From: Actinomycetota bacterium
Lineage (GTDB): Bacteria; Actinomycetota; Thermoleophilia; BMS3ABIN01
Length of the DNA stretch: 24,000 nucleotides
Reading direction: 5' to 3'
Assembly (NCBI GenBank): GCA_016235065.1
Contig: JACRMB010000005.1
Span: 246,733-270,732, forward strand
Below, one piece after another: positions 23,618-24,000 of the stretch. Under the pieces are notes generated by a model. It saw only the letters and a program-made list of their open reading frames with translations. It made no database searches and was not told where the DNA came from. Every line of letters begins with the position of its first letter. Position 1 is the first letter of the stretch. The translations under genes were made by a program, and so were the position numbers.

Positions 23618-24000
23618 TTACCTGGTAGTCCCGGTAGTCCGGGGGGTAGTGCCCGTAGGCGTAGTCGAGCCGGTGGTTGGCGTCGTCGAGGTTCCCGTCG
23701 TCGGAGTGACCGACGATGGCCCATCCTCGCCGGTTACCGGCGCCACCGATGGACCCTGGGTCTCGCCTGTCTGCTTCAGCGTTGCGGCGATCTTGAAATG
23801 AGTGATCATCTGAGATGCGACTTCTTCTTTCTCGGCGCTGACAAGAGTCACATCAGTCATCGAAGGGATCAGTCCGAGGCGGATCAGGAAAATAGCCACT
23901 GAAGGCATGCTGCGGGTATAACCATCGATCTCGATATCTCTGGTCTCACCCTGGGACGAGGAGCTACTGCTTGATGAACCTGCTGTCTCCACGCCAGGGA
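23618..24000 (-). CDS. pilN: PilN-like pilus assembly protein, C-terminal part (5' end outside the window), with a Thr/Gly/Pro-rich tail
   Basis: The frame is open to nt 24000. IEIDGYTRSMPSVAIFLIRLGLIPSMTDVTLVS resembles the PilN C-terminal core (G.a.s...va.f...L). It sits immediately upstream of pilO. Confidence 0.55.
   Translation of the reverse strand, partial: PGVETAGSSSSSSSSQGETRDIEIDGYTRSMPSVAIFLIRLGLIPSMTDVTLVSAEKEEVASQMITHFKIAATLKQTGETQGPSVAPVTGEDGPSSVTPTTGTSTTPTTGSTTPTGTTPRTTGTTR

Overview
High-GC bacterial chromosomal segment (roughly 60% GC by eye, not computed). No rRNA, tRNA or CRISPR array was recognised.

(1) nt 1-3649, + strand: two tandem, translationally coupled paralogs. 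Each has a GH73-like peptidoglycan glucosaminidase domain followed by four copies of a ~105-aa repeat that I cannot assign to a named family.

(2) nt 3734-24000: a single minus-strand housekeeping gene train. Its order is pilN-pilO-(PilP-like), aroC-aroK-aroB-aroQ, M24 aminopeptidase-efp, carboxyltransferase::AccB fusion-accC, nusB-xseB-ispA-dxs, [Y1/HUH transposase with flanking repeats], tlyA-nadK-recN, DUF362-CDF transporter. From memory, this mirrors the Bacillus subtilis aroQ-yqhT-efp ... accB-accC ... nusB-folD-xseA-xseB-ispA-dxs-yqxC-ahrC-recN neighbourhood, but without folD, xseA and argR.

Main points of interest:
- A REP-associated tyrosine transposase (RAYT)-like gene is bracketed by a 31-bp perfect inverted repeat plus extra repeat copies. 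It sits exactly in the dxs/tlyA junction, and a repeat copy supplies the dxs stop codon.
- The unassigned 4x repeat module occurs in a duplicated wall-hydrolase pair.
- A 5S-type carboxyltransferase is fused to a full-length AccB in the slot normally held by accB.
- The pilus module has a PilP-like protein with a Thr/Gly/Ser-rich tail and no secretin gene.

Many genes use TTG or GTG starts. All family calls rest on motif recognition by eye; no database search was possible.
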